From NCBI GenBank assembly GCA_013239625.1, contig MU056050.1, forward strand, positions 1,288,084-1,352,083: DNA of 64,000 nt, read 5' to 3'. A program made the translations under genes and the position numbers. Shown here piece by piece: positions 48,895 to 62,128 of the stretch. Position 1 is the stretch's first letter. Every line of letters begins with the position of its first letter. This DNA comes from Lama guanicoe. Lineage: Eukaryota. The notes under the pieces are model-generated. The model saw nothing but the letters and a program-made list of their open reading frames with translations. It was not told the DNA's origin and searched no databases.

Positions 48895-51800
48895 TAAAAA
48901 GTTTGTGAATGCATTTCCTTCCTTAATTCATTTCTTAATGTTCTTATTGTAAAATATAGATTATGAAAACACACTGAATAAATGTATGGCATGAGGAGTT
49001 ACAATAAGGTAAACAAACATGTACCCAATTCAGTTCAAGAAACAGAATTGTACCCGCTACTCAGAAACCCTTCCATTTTCCCTGTCCAGTCAAAAACCTC
49101 TCCTTTCCCCTCAAAAATAACTTCTTTCTTGGTTTTATACTAATTCTTTCCTTGTATTTATTTATTATTTTGTCTATTTCTATGAAACTTGTTATATTTT
49201 TAAAATTTCTTTTAACCTACAAATTCCCCTTCCAACTCTGCTAAAATTTACCCAGTGAAAAACCTGAAGAATATGTTGCATGCTTGTGGTATAATTAAGC
49301 ATGTTCCTCTGTCCTGGTATTTCCTGTGAATTGACAAGTAGAACCGAAGCCTGCATCAGACTCAAGTTTGTTTAGTAAACTATAGGCAGAGTTGTGTTCC
49401 TTAATCATAAGGCACATCAATGTTTGCTTCTATCTCTTTTTGTGATGTTAGCAGTTGTTAATGTTCAATGCCTAGATCTGGTAATTAATTAGGGATTGAA
49501 AATGGTAAAAAATTATATTATTACTTATAGATTGTACACTTAGAAATAGATGTATCTTCTCATCTACTGATTGATTAATTAATTGTGAATTAATTAATTC
49601 ACATAGAAGAGGTAGGATAAATGTGTTATTGTTCCTTTTATTTACCTGGTTCAATATAAAGAAGGATGAACTTCCAAGGTGAACAATTTATCTATTGTTT
49701 AATATCATCATGTACTCATGGATTTAACATATTTAATAGATTTCAATCCATTGGAATTTTTTTGAAATTTTAAATTTATGTGCATATAATATCTCACATA
49801 AGATTTCTAATTTTAAGCATTTTTAAGTGTACAATTCAATTCAGTGGCATTACATTCACAATGTTCTGTAACAATCATCACTATCTACTTTCTAGTTTTA
49901 TGTGTTTTTATCATGACAGAGTGTTGGATTGTGTCAAATGCCTTTTCATTATCAATTGAAAACATCATGTTTTTTTTCCATGTTCTATAACGTAGTATAT
50001 TACATTGATTTTCGTATGTTGAACCATCCTTACCTTCCTGTGAGAAATCCTACTTTATAATTTTGTGTAATCCTTTAAATATACTGTTGGAATCAGTTTG
50101 CTAGTATTTTGTTGCAAATTTTTGCATCTGTATTCATAAGGAATATTGATCCATAACTTTCTTTTATTGTAATGTCTTTTTCTGGCTTTGGTAACATAAA
50201 ATGAATTAGCAAGTGGTCCCTTCTTTTTGTATATTTTATGAAGGCTTGAGGAGAATTGGGTTATTTCTTCTTTAAATACTTGGTGGAAATTATGTGTGAT
50301 GCCATCTGTTCTGTTCTTTGTTGGGATATTTTTGATTACTGATTTAATCTCTTGTTAAAGAGCTGTTGAGATTTTCTGTTTCTTCTTGAGTCAGTTCAAG
50401 TAATTTTTGTGTTTTTAGAAATATGTCCATTTCATCCAGGATATCTAATTTTGGTGTGGAACTTCTCATAATATTTCCTTATAATCCTTTTTATTTTATA
50501 TCATTGCAAATAACATCTCTTCTACTTTGACTTCTGATTTTAGTTGTGTGTCATCTCTCTTTTTCCTTTGTCAGTATAGTTAAAGGTTTGCCAATTTTGT
50601 TGATCTTTCAAACCAACTTTTTAAAAAGTCTCTATTTTTTATTCTCTATGTTATTAATTTCTTATCCAGTCTTTATTATTCACTTCCTTCTGCTACCTTT
50701 AATTTAAATTGCTCTAATTTTTCTAGTTCCTTAAGGTATAAAGTTAGCTTTTCTATGTTAGATCCTCCTTTTTTCATGAAGGCATTTAGAGATAAAAATT
50801 TCTCTCTGAACACTGCATTTGCTGCATTCTGTAACTTTTGATATATTATGTTCTCATGCTTATTTGTCTCATAGTATGATCTAATACCCCTTGTGATTTC
50901 TTCTTTGACCAGTGATTGTTTAAGAATATGTTATTCTCCACATATTTGTGAAATGGCTTGAGACTCCATTATTCATAGCACAGTAGGCAACATAAACTTC
51001 TGCTCCCATTGGTTCCCTTTGGCCCCAAGTCCCATCTTCCCATCAAGACAGTGCAGAGGTGGGCTGAAGTAGATACTGCATACATGGTAAGTGTGTCACA
51101 GTTGAATAATCTTGAGACTAAAGAGGTCTTAATCTTGTATAGGGGTTACTGGCAGAGCTGCACCTGTCTCCTACCTACTGGTTAATGAAGTAGGGAAGAA
51201 AAAGAGCCTTTTCTTCTACTCTTACAAGTTCTTGTCTGAGACTTCCATTCTGGAGGTTAAGAAGTCCAAGATAAAGGTGTTAGCAAGGCAGGTTTCATTC
51301 AGAGGTCTCATCTCTTGGCTTGTAAGTGGCTGCCATCTTGCTTTATGCTCACATGACCTCTTTCCATGTGTGCACATGGCAGGTCCTTTCCTGTTTCTTT
51401 GTATGCTTTTTGATATTTGTTGTTGAAAATGAGAAATTTGAATATTATAATGCAGTAACTTTGGAAATCAGATTCTCTCTCTTCCCTAGGTTTGCTTTTT
51501 GTTGTTGTTGTTGAAAGCTACAGTAGTTATTTTGTTTAATGACTTTCTTAAACTATTTTTTGTAAATACTGTATTCATTGTTGTGTGTGGTTACTGAAGT
51601 TTTTCTTCCTTAGTATGTATTCAGTTAATATTTGGACAGATTTTCTTGAATGCCAGGAATTAAAAAAATATGAAAAAGAAAATGCATACACAGAAACCCC
51701 CAAATACAGAATACTTCTCCCAATCGTTGCAGATTCGCTCTGTTGCAGGGACATTACTTCCACAATTAGCCAAGCTTGAACTTTGGGATCAGCCTTAGTT

Positions 51801-53127
51801 GAAAGCTTTGTCTTCTCCAGTCTTTACTGAACATGATGTGCCTTTCTAAATTTCCCTGTATCCCAAGTCCTTTTGAATATACTAATTTCCCCAAAATACT
51901 CTCCAGTTTTGTCTCCTGGGCTTTAGGTAGTCTATTTTATGTTTTATCCCCAAGCATCTGTGAGTTGTTATTTTACCCTGTAGCATTTTTGAGAAAAGCC
52001 TACCACTTTCCTAGCCTGACTTCTGGATTAGTTGGAACAGAGATAATTGCCTTTCATTTGTCCTTCAGTGTCCCCCAGACAGGTTAGAATAGATGTATAC
52101 AAAAATTCTGCTCCCTTTGGATCCCAGGACCAGGATCCCACACGCAGAATTCAGATTTCCATCTTTAAGACTGCGATCATGCTGGAGAAGGAGTAGGCCA
52201 AGGGCTAGTAAAACTTCCTTAAAGCTTGAGTTGCCTTTTTCTTGATTCAGCATTCACTTGATTGTTCTAAATGTTTGACTGCTTTCCAGAGTTCTGACAA
52301 ATTTGGTTCTGATAATTTCTGATTGTTTTGTGATGTTTCTTGGGTGAAATGAAAGCTTGGAGCTCCCTACTGTTTTGCAGACATTATTCCTCTAATGTAA
52401 TCCTCCAACTTTCCCATATTTGGTCAGTAAAATCCTTTCCAAACTAGACCATGAGTTCTTTTAACTTGACCCTAATAGTTTTTGATAGCATATGTAGTAT
52501 CTTGTGTGATAAAATGTGGCTGACCTAGAATCAGCTATTTTTCTAAGATGACCTAGTGTCTTTTAATAGAACACAGTATTTCAAGTCTACAATTTTTGTG
52601 TTAGAAAACTCATTACTATCTGTTTGGCCAATGTTTCTAGGCCTTTCCTGTGTATAGATCTGGTGAAGATAGCTAGCTAGCTAGCTACATACTTACATGC
52701 ATGCATGCATAGATATAATCCTTCACATGTATACTTCCAATTCCAATTCAGGTCTACAGGGTTTTTACATTACATCTTTATCTCCTTTCTTCTATTTTAC
52801 ATCCAGTCTCAGTTGTTATTCTCAATTTAGTCTGCTATATTTCCACTAAACCCTTTTAGGCTGTGTTGGGCCTCTTCTGTTCTAAGGCCCATGAAATGCC
52901 CTGTTGCTTCCCTTTACTTGATTCTACACACCCCCTGATATCATACTAGTTTTGTATCTGTCCTGCTTATCTGCTGGTATGTTTGTATCTTGTCACCTAC
53001 TTTTATTGTAAATGTTGCTCGTGAGTTTTTAATTTTGATGTCTAGTTGTTCTGTCTGCTTTTATTGGAGGATTCAGGGAGATTCAAAAGCTAAGCTGCTG
53101 TTTCTACTATGCTCCCTAAATTCTTTC
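48895..53127 (-). mobile_element. L1MC4-like element containing a second, internally deleted L1 (~49760-52390) and LTR fragments (~50955-51385, including MLT1)
   Basis: The L1MC-type 3' UTR stops at tttcaatccattgg (~49755) and resumes at tcccatatttggtcagt (~52412). The inner L1 has ORF2 phrases (tgttgaaccatccttaccttcctg) and a 5' UTR paralogous to 6700-7690. MLT1 phrase: ttctggaggttaagaagtccaagataaaggtgttagca. Confidence 0.75.
52670..52712. repeat. Compound tetranucleotide repeat (TAGC)n/(TACA)n/(TGCA)n
   Basis: tagctagctagctagctacatacttacatgcatgcatgcata seen directly. Confidence 0.85.
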
Positions 53128-53255
53128 CTGTTACTACCATTTTCAATGTGGGAAAATTGACAAACAGAGAGAGTAAGTGACTTTCTCAATGTTACAGAGT
53201 AATTACCCAAGCTAGCATTCAGCCCTTGCAATTTAAATAGAGCCCATAAATCTAC
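53128..53255 (-). mobile_element. MIR, right half
   Basis: ccattttcaatgtgggaaaattgacaaacagagagagtaagtgactttctcaatgttacag. Confidence 0.6.
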
Positions 53256-54089
53256 TCTGTGCTGTCAAATCAAGAAAATACATGTTTATCATTACCTGGG
53301 GAGAGAATACTTTTTTACCTGTCCAATGATTCCTGCCTAGAACTTCATATAAGGGGCCTTCTGCTTCTCTTTTTTGGAGTAAGGGGGATATGGAAAGTTA
53401 TTTTGGAGAGAATATTTCAGGTTTATCTTCTAAATCCTACACACTCCTTCCCAAGAACTATGTTTTAACCAGAAGACAGAATAAATGTATTGAAAAGGCA
53501 ATGCAGGCTCACCTCAATCTCTCTCCTCTCTCCTATCTCTCTTGGACACCATGCATGCTGACAAAGTAAACTTCATTTGTGCTTACAGTCTTCATGGCAT
53601 AAGCAGATCAGTTCTAGTGACTCCCAACTACTATTCTACTCTTTCATAATTTATTTACCTGGGTTGATAAATCATGCCTGCCCTTTAGTGAAGTTCATTA
53701 TCTTGACATTGGGAGTGTTGAGGAAGTAGGAAGCGCAATTTTAGCTCTAGAATCAAATCCAATTTTCAAATTTAGATGTACCATAGATAAAGCTGATTAT
53801 TTGAACCTCATTTGGCTTCCTGTGCCCATTCTCAATCCAGAATAGTGATATATAATTGTCATCTGAAATGTAACCATTACCAAATATAGTATCATAGAGT
53901 CTTAGTTTTTGAGCGCAATCTTCACTCTTGCCCAACGAATTTTTGGTAATCAAGTGCCTGTACACCAAACTCAGGTAACTATAACCTCTCTTGAACACCT
54001 CCAATTATATGACTATATCTTAGGTCAAAACGACTAGCTTTACTTTGCCAAATACGTCTTCTTTTGGTCTATTATCTTAATAAGTGTAG

Positions 54090-54290
54090 AAGTAGTATAA
54101 CATAGTGGTTCAGAACCTGAACATTTTATCAGACACATTTGGAACTTTGGAACTTTGGACAAAGTATTAACCCTGTGTCTTTATCATGAAAATGGGGCTA
54201 ATAGCAGCTTCCTAATAATATTTTCATGAGGTTTAAATTAGATCATATGTGAAAATCTCATAGAGGTATGAATAAGGACTCAAAGATGTG
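54090..54290 (+). mobile_element. MIR
   Basis: agtataacatagtggttcagaac...ctttggacaaagtattaaccctgtg...aaaatggggctaatag...atgaggtttaaattagatcatatgtgaaa. Confidence 0.7.
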
Positions 54291-54356
54291 TTGATTCCCT
54301 TCCTTTTCTTACTAGGCACTTTCATTGGTTGGTTTACTTAATACACAAGTCTCTAT

Positions 54357-54520
54357 GTTAGATATTAATCTTCCTGTGGACCAGGATCATCAGCATTATC
54401 TAGGAGCAAAGTAGAAATGCAGACTCTCAGGCCCCGCCCAGACTGACTGTACTAGAATCTGCATGTTAAGAAGATCCCCAGGGGACACTTCTTATGCGCA
54501 TTTCAGTGTGAGACGCACTG
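54357..54520 (+). mobile_element. MER5A-like hAT-Charlie element
   Basis: cagcattatctaggagcaaagtagaaatgcagactctcaggccccgcccagactgactgtactagaatctgcatgttaagaagatccccagggga...tgagacgcactg followed by ctcta. Confidence 0.85.
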
Positions 54521-56259
54521 CTCTAATTGACTGTGATATGCTACCTCACCCTTTAAGGAGATACCAATCTTAAAAAGAACAAAGTGAACTTGTGGAAGAG
54601 TAAAGGGGCCAGAGGCTAATGGAAACATATAACACCTGAAGGAAGCTTGTAGTAGAGAAAGTGGCAGTGGCCCTGCCGTGGACACGGTGGTAGATGTCAC
54701 CAAGCAGCTGTAGGTCTGAGCCAGGCCGGAACACAGGTGGGGTAAGGACAGTGGTACATCCAGCTACCCAGAGCAACTGAGGGCTCTGCTGCCTTGAAGG
54801 GCACTTGCGTATCTTAGCTAGAAATTGACTACCCCAGATGGATATCCCTCAGAAAGTCCAGGACAAGGCAGAGGCACTTCTGTGGTTGTATATTCATTTT
54901 CTTCTCACTGCGGGCATGGGACTTATCACCAGGCTACAGAGGGAAAAAGAGGAAGGAGGTCTGACAAAGTAAGAAACCCCAAGACAGAAATGTGGAGAGC
55001 TTAATCCTAATAGAAGGTTCACTGTTACTCTGGCTTTTGGTTTCTAGGTGGCAGAAAATTAAGGTTATATAAATGTAAATTGCTTGAAATAAATGGGCCA
55101 TCACTCTAAGGCTTAGAAATCTTTGTTAAACAGAAATTTCCATCACAATATTATTCAAGCTATGGTTACTGTGACATAAGAGCCCTAATGGCTATACTTT
55201 ATAGTGATGGGCAGGACTGATGTATTAAGTATATGGGCAACTCTTAATTGAAACACAGTAGGCTGTGGTCTTTTAGTCTGTAGTTGTAAATGTTTGCAAC
55301 AGACCAGCCTTCCATGTAGTCTAAGTAGTCAGTTGTGAATATGGTGAGCTTGCAGCTGTGCTTGGAAGGTCTCTTATACCAAAAGATGTTTTCTCCATCT
55401 GCTCGCTGATGAGAGTTTCTTTAGCTGGAGATAAAACATCATGTTCCTCTATTAGAAAAGTGCTATGACACGAAAGAAAAAACAAGGAAGAAAGAAAATA
55501 ATAAGTAGGGAAGGTGAAAGTCAGAAAGCCCAGGATGTGGGTATTCAACGACTGGCAAGGAATTGAGTGTTACAGTTTAGTTGGAAATAAGAGAGAGGGT
55601 TAGGGTGTGCACATGAGCACATACACAGGCTTCAGCCTTTGACCTTGAGATGGACCTATGTGTTGTTCCATTCGTATGCCAAGGCAGGGTTCAGTGTTAT
55701 CTGTGAGTAAACAAGCATTGGGTTCCTATTGAGCCAAGACCTATAGTACAAATGTTTTCCAACTTCTGAACACTAGTTGCCCTACAGACAAGCCTCAGCC
55801 TGGCAAACAACCTATGTTCCAACACTTTAAGTGGCGTCTGGCTTCCCAGGCCAGTCCACAAGAGCTGATTTGACTGTTAAGCAGTAAAACTAATGGCATA
55901 AGCTTGAGAGCCGAAATGCAAGGGCAGTGGACCATTTAGAGTGGAGGAGAGGAAGACAAGGAAAAAGAGTAAGCAGAAAAGCAGGGAATATGGAGAAGGC
56001 AAAAAGAAAAAAAAGATGAATAAAAGTGAGGAGAGACAGAAGCTATTGCAAGAGCCCCCTAAGCCTTTGTCCATGTAAACTATGGCCACTCACCCTTTTC
56101 ATCTATTCTCTACCTTCTTCCTGCAGTAATGGAACGAAATTATAAGTGAAATCATGATGTCCCATTGCTCATAAATTATATTTCATTATTATTGTAATAC
56201 AATTCTAGAGTTTTCAAGGTTCAATGTGATTTGTACTCTCCCTATATATTCAACCTAAT

Positions 56260-56675
56260 GTTCTATTTCTATCACCCTTGCTAAGGAACCTGGTTTCCTT
56301 TCAAGTCTTTGAAGACACCAAATTCATACCCCAGGCAAGAATAGGGATAGGAAAAATAGTTATTCGTACAAACTGCTATCCACTCTTCAAGTCTTAGCTT
56401 AAATGTTCTTTATCAGTGTTACTGTTATTATTACCCTACCCCCATCCCTCCAATCTGGATTAGAACTTCTTATACACTCTTAGAACATCCTGCAGTTTTC
56501 CTTTGTGATACTTATCAGAATTATAAATTCTTGTGAGCATATCTTTAATTCCTGTTTTCCCCATTAAACGATAGGCCCCATGAGAAGAGAAAACAAGCCC
56601 TGATTATTCACCATTGCACTATCAACACTCAATCTAGTACCTGGCTCAATACTGTGAATGAATGAATGAATGAAT
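56260..56675 (+). mobile_element. L2 3' end with (TGAA)n tail
   Basis: tcttcaagtcttagcttaaatgt...aggccccatgagaagag...atctagtacctggctcaatactgtgaatgaatgaatgaatgaat. Confidence 0.75.
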
Positions 56676-57112
56676 ATAGGGACTAGAGAAGAGTTATTTA
56701 CTTCCTATTCTCAGTGTATGAGTCAGGAAGTTTGTAGTAAAACATTTAAGACTAAATAGGCACTAGGAAACTATCATGCCCTAAAAAATCCTCTCCCCTG
56801 ACATCCTAAGTGTCCCCATGCTAACTTAACCCTCCTACATTTGCCCTCTTCTCAGTTCAATCCTACCACTTTAAGTGTTACATTCTAAAGGTTTTTCCCC
56901 AGTATATCCTTTTTTCCATTTACTGCCATCATAATTTCCTTAAAGAGCTCCACATTAGTTTTTATAGGGCATCTTCCTTCTGGGATCTCCGGTGAAGTTG
57001 AAGAGAGAACAACAGGAGGGTGAAAGGGAACAGAAGGTACCTAAGGGGCATTTGTTTGTCGGGGTTGATTTTGTATTCATTGACAGCTTCCAAGTCAACT
57101 GTTGCCATAGAC

Positions 57113-57336
57113 CAGAAGTTACAAACTTTTTTCCGTAAAGAACAAGATAGTAAACATTTTCAGCCTTGTATGCTATATATTCTCTGGTACAACTACTCAG
57201 TTCTGCTGTTGTAATAGCAAAGCAGTCATAGACAGTTCCTAAATGAATAGGTATGGCTGTGTTCCAGTAAAACTTTATTTATAAAAACAGGTAACAGTCT
57301 GGATTTGGCCCACAGGCCTTCGTATATCCACTCCTG
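57113..57336 (+). mobile_element. MER58A hAT-Charlie element
   Basis: caaacttttttccgtaaagaacaagatagtaaacattttcagcc...caactactcagttctgc...atggctgtgttccagtaaaactttatttataaaaacagg...ggatttggcccacaggcc. Confidence 0.9.
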
Positions 57337-57654
57337 CATCTAGAGAGCTATTGGCTGGAGGCAGGGTGCCTCGTCTCATCACCTTGTACCTGTTTTAGAC
57401 ACTCCTCAGATTAGAAGGTATCCCCTAAGAAAAAATTCCTTAGTGGAAGGGCCTGATGGGAAATAGGACACTTAGAACACATCTGCTAGCCCTTTCTACC
57501 CCTCCCCTCTGACACCAGTATTTTAGATGAGTAATGTGTGAGTAGGAGTCATGAATCTGTCTGTACCATTTCAAACCCTGACCTTTCTACAGCTTGTGTA
57601 ATTACAGGTAACATGGGACTCCATTAATATAGCAAGGGATTTGATCTTTTCTAT

Positions 57655-57657
<3 letters not shown>

Positions 57658-57697
<40 letters not shown>

Positions 57698-57722
57698 NNN
57701 NNNNNNNNNNNNNNTTTTTTTT
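57658..57722. repeat. Poly-T tract (40 T + 8 T) interrupted by a 17-N assembly gap (57698-57714)
   Basis: Seen directly. Confidence 0.95.
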
Positions 57723-58252
57723 GGTGAATTGGATTTCTAGAGAACCAAACAGTACTGGAAACCCCTCAGGCATATCACAAGCTTGAGGACAAATACATGC
57801 AATTTATTACTGCATTTCTTTCCTGAAGGAGAGGAAAGGATATGGAGTTGTTTGGCTAGGGTGCAGCTCTCTGAGGAATGGAAGAGCATACTAGGGAAGG
57901 TTACAGAAGATGAACGAGTTTGGAAGAAGCTGGTGAGTTTGGCGCCATGCAAATCTCCTTACTAGCCTGGGCTCTGAACCAGATATTGCCCCTTCAAAAT
58001 AGGCACTACATGCTGCAGGAGGTAGCCCTTTGCCAAGGGACATTATCCCTTAACAAAACTCTCACTACTCCTCTTTGTTAGGTACTGCAGTATCTTCTCA
58101 TTGTCTGGAGCAAAACCAATAAAACAAATTTAAAATATGAATACAACTTCCTAATTGCATATTTATATCCTATTTGGATGACGAACTCTGGGCATTCTGA
58201 CCTTGAGTGGCAAAAATCAGGCTGGGATATATATGGTATGCTTCTAGTCAAA

Positions 58253-58715
58253 TATAGCATAGTGCTTAAGAAAGTAGACTAGAGTCAGGTTTAGGTTCAA
58301 ATCCTGGTTCCCACATTTAGTATGTGATTTAAGACATGTTACCTAAGCTCTCTGGACCTCAGTTACTAAAACTTTAAGATGAGATAATATGTGGGAAAGT
58401 GCTTAGTTCCCTGCCTGGCACGCAGCACTCAACATCTTAGCTGTTAGCATTGTCCCTGTTACTTTCCTGAGCTATTGCCAAAATGGATGCAAGAGTGTAT
58501 AGAATGTTAAAGAGAGAGCAGCTTTGGAATCAGACAAATCTGAGTTTAGGTACTGATTCAAAGACTTATTAGCTGTACGAGCATGGACAGGTTATGTACA
58601 TTAGTTTAGTTGATCTTACTGAACTTCAGTTTTCCTGACTGTAAAATGGGAATGATTTCACAAAAATAATATATTAATAATAATGGTTGTGAAGATTCAA
58701 CCTTACTAAATGTTA
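58253..58715 (+). mobile_element. Two tandem MIR copies (~58253-58445 and ~58490-58715)
   Basis: atagcatagtgcttaagaaagtagactagagtcagg...ttcaaatcctggttc...cctggcacgcag; ctttggaatcagacaaatctgagttt...ttcagttttcctgactgtaaaatggg. Confidence 0.8.
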
Positions 58716-59899
58716 GTTCTCTCCCCACCACTCTCTGGACCTCAAAGTTGTTTTAACAGTAGAATACATTTCGTCTCTATTTTCTGAGTTCTCCATACCA
58801 TCCTGCGTATATTGTAATGCCTCCTTGTTTCTCCGGATTCCTACTGTGGTGTCTTACCTTAATTCCTCCACCTACAGTATCCTGGATTTCAGAACTCTTG
58901 AGATCTGAAACCTAAGGTAACAGACTCCAAGGATGGTGCACTCTCATCTTGAAATGAGAGGCTAGAATAAGAATGTAGAGGGCAATCATTGTGAATGAAG
59001 ACAGAGCTATAGAAGATGTCTACAGTGATTTCAGACTGAAGCAGTATCTTCCCTGGGGATTATAATGAGGAATAGAGAGTCATACATCCCTTGTACCCAG
59101 CACAGAAGACATTCTTCTTTTCCAAATCTGTACAAATGTTGGCAGGATGTTCTTCGAGGTTTTCCCAATACTTCATCATGCTCTCCCAGTATTAGTTTAG
59201 AGCATCACCTTATAAGAAAGTATTTTCTTCAGCAACCCCTAACTGGACACTTCTAGGCTCAGAACTTCTGAACACATGAGAATCAATGTTTCTGTAGATG
59301 ATCCTATAAGATCCTAAAGAGATTTCTGAATCATCAAAGAAAGATAAATTGAGATGAACTGAAAAATAATTTAAGCAGATGAATTTTGAGTTCTTAATCT
59401 GTATTAGGTGACTTGAATTGTGCTCAAATTCTGTAAATGTTGCTAAACCCTCTGTATTTGCATGGAAAATGTACAGAATATTCAATTCACTGAAATAGTC
59501 CATTACTGCGGGACTGCTGGAAGACCAAGAATGGGCTGAATTAGATTGTTCTACTATAACAATCTGTTACTAAATAATATTGGGCTTGATAGCAGCCTGC
59601 TGGTACAATAGATACTAAACAGAAGATAGCTTTCCCTGGAACAGAAGGTGGACCACTTTTACATGTGCTATTGAAGGGATTTATTTACTCAGTGGCTTTT
59701 GATATCTCTGTGGGTACATGTAGGTTTTTAAATAATGTTCTACTGGAGCTTCCTTAGAAAAAGAAGCTTGCTACATGAGTGTATACACATGCACCTCTTT
59801 GTAATAGGCCATAGCTAAAATCTTTGCTCTTCACACCATTATCTGATCCCATCCTATTTCTCCAACTTAATTCCTTATGGCTATCCAACAAAGAATCTA

Positions 59900-60130
59900 G
59901 ATTTCATTAAAGTTCATTCTCATTTTTACTCAAATTCTGCTTCCTGCCTGCAGTATCCTTTCTTTTCTTTCCCTCTGCCCAGCCAAATCTTAATAATCTT
60001 TTAAGACCCATTTCAACCCCCTCCAGGAAGCATTCCCTGACTTCTATAACCTTCACACATGTCATTTCCTCTGTATGGGACATACTCTTCTTCTCTGACT
60101 GATTCCCATGTCTTGGCATACCTTTTTGTA
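59900..60130 (+). mobile_element. L2 fragment
   Basis: aaatcttaataatcttttaagacccatttcaaccccctccaggaagcattccctgac. Confidence 0.5.
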
Positions 60131-60441
60131 CCTCAGGGAGGCCTTCCCTGCCACACTGGACGACATTAGCTTTTTTCTTAAAAGTTGAGCTGTGCATTAT
60201 TTAGAAGTATAGTATTTAATATACAAACATTTGTGAATTTCCCTGGCTATCATTTTCTTATTAAATTCTAGTTTAATTTCACTATCATGGCTGAACATAT
60301 TCAGTATGATTTTAATCATTTAAAATTTGACTTACTTTATGGCCCAGTATATGGTTTATTTTGATAAATGCCCCATGTGCACTTGGAAATAATGTGCATG
60401 CTACAGTTATTTAGTGCAAGTAGGTCATTTTTGTTAATTGT

Positions 60442-60890
60442 TGTAGCAGATGCTCTCATTCATGTCCTTGGGCTGCTACCATGTGCTTTGGCTTACTTCA
60501 GTTGTCCACGACTTGCAGCTCTGTGACTGAGGGCTTTGCCAAAAAGGTGGAGGGTCATGCTGACCATGTGCACACTGTAGGCCAGAAATGCAAGAGAATT
60601 TACTCCCCTAGAGAGTAGCCCTATAACTGATGACTCTTGGGAGCAGTTGTATAAATAGTCCAGATTTATTACTCCTTGGTTGGGATAATACTGAGGAAGT
60701 TTTTGTTTGTTTTCACTTTTTGTCAAAGATGACTGACAAGAATAAGCTCCAGTACATAGCAATAGTTGGCTTTTATTTCCTTCAACAAGTCCCCAGCCCA
60801 CTACCAGTATTCCCTGGACCTCCCAAATCAATAAGTAGCATTTAAATCCTTGTCTCCAAATCTGTTTCTGGGAAAGCCTAAACTAAGACA
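60442..60890 (+). mobile_element. LTR16-like ERVL solo LTR
   Basis: TG...CA termini (tgtagcagatgct ... aaatctgtttctgggaaagcctaaactaagaca); TATA-like tataaata at ~60650; caataa near the 3' end; splits the L1. Confidence 0.8.
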
Positions 60891-62103
60891 ATTTGTTTGT
60901 ATCTTCCATATCCTCACTAGTTTTTTTTTTCCAGTTGTTTTGTCATGTAGTGGGACAGATATGTTAATGTTTCTTCCTCTGATTGTGGCTTTGTGCATTC
61001 TTTCCCTTCTGCCAATGTGTGCTTTATATATTTTTAACCTATATTATTGGGTGCATGCAGATTTAGAATTATTCTTTCCTGTTGAGTTGGCATTTTATCA
61101 TTATGAAATTTGTCTCTTTATCTCCTACCCTCTTGCCTTTTTTTTTAATTTAGCTTACTTTGGGTTAATTGTATGCACAGTGTATTTCTTTCACCCTTTA
61201 CTTTTATGTTTTTTATTTCCTTATATTTAAGGTATGTCTCAGACAAGCAGCATGTATTTGAGTTTTATTTTCATTTTTAGAGTGATAATACTTGTCTTTT
61301 ATTTGGAGTCTTTAGTCATTTTTATTTAACATAGTTACTGATGTATGTGGATTTATATTTGCTAATACACCATGTACTTTCTTTTTTGGCCTATCTTGGC
61401 TATGTTCTTCTCTTTCTCCTTTCTTGACTTCTTTTGAATAAACTAAATTTTTTATTCTAGTATTTCCTTTATTAACTAATTAGTAATAAATCTTAAAATG
61501 GTTACCCTAGAGATTGCAACATGTATTCTTGTCTCATTAATATGTGATATAAATTAGTGCTTTTATTACTTCACAAACATGCAAGGATCTTTAAATATTT
61601 TACCTCTATTCACACTCCTCTTACATTTTGTGACATGTTGCCAAGAATTTTTATTCTACACATATTTAAAGTCACACAATTTAGCATTATTATTGCTTTA
61701 AATGATCAATATTCATTTACATTTACCCTTTCAGGAGTTCATCATTCTTTTTATACATTACTTTACTTTTACCTTAGATCATTTCCCTCTCATAAATATT
61801 TCCTTTTTAGTATTTTTAGGGCAAATTTGCTAGTAATTAATTTGTTAAGCTATTTTGTCTGAAGATGTTCTATTTTGCCTGCATGTATGAAAGTATTTTC
61901 ATTATAAATTGTATGGTGAGTTTGCAGCTATTTGCTTTCAGTCCTTTAAAGAACTCCTATTTTATTCTTCCTTTAGTCTTTCCTATAAGAAAAGTCAGCT
62001 ATTTGTCTTACTGATGATTTTGGAACTTTTAAAAATTTCCTTTGACTGATTTTGACATTGTCTTTGATTTTCAGAAGTTTTACCTTGATGTACTTTGTGT
62101 GGA

Positions 62104-62128
62104 TACACACACACACACACACACACAC
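62104..62128. repeat. (AC)n microsatellite
   Basis: About 12 AC units seen directly. Confidence 0.95.
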
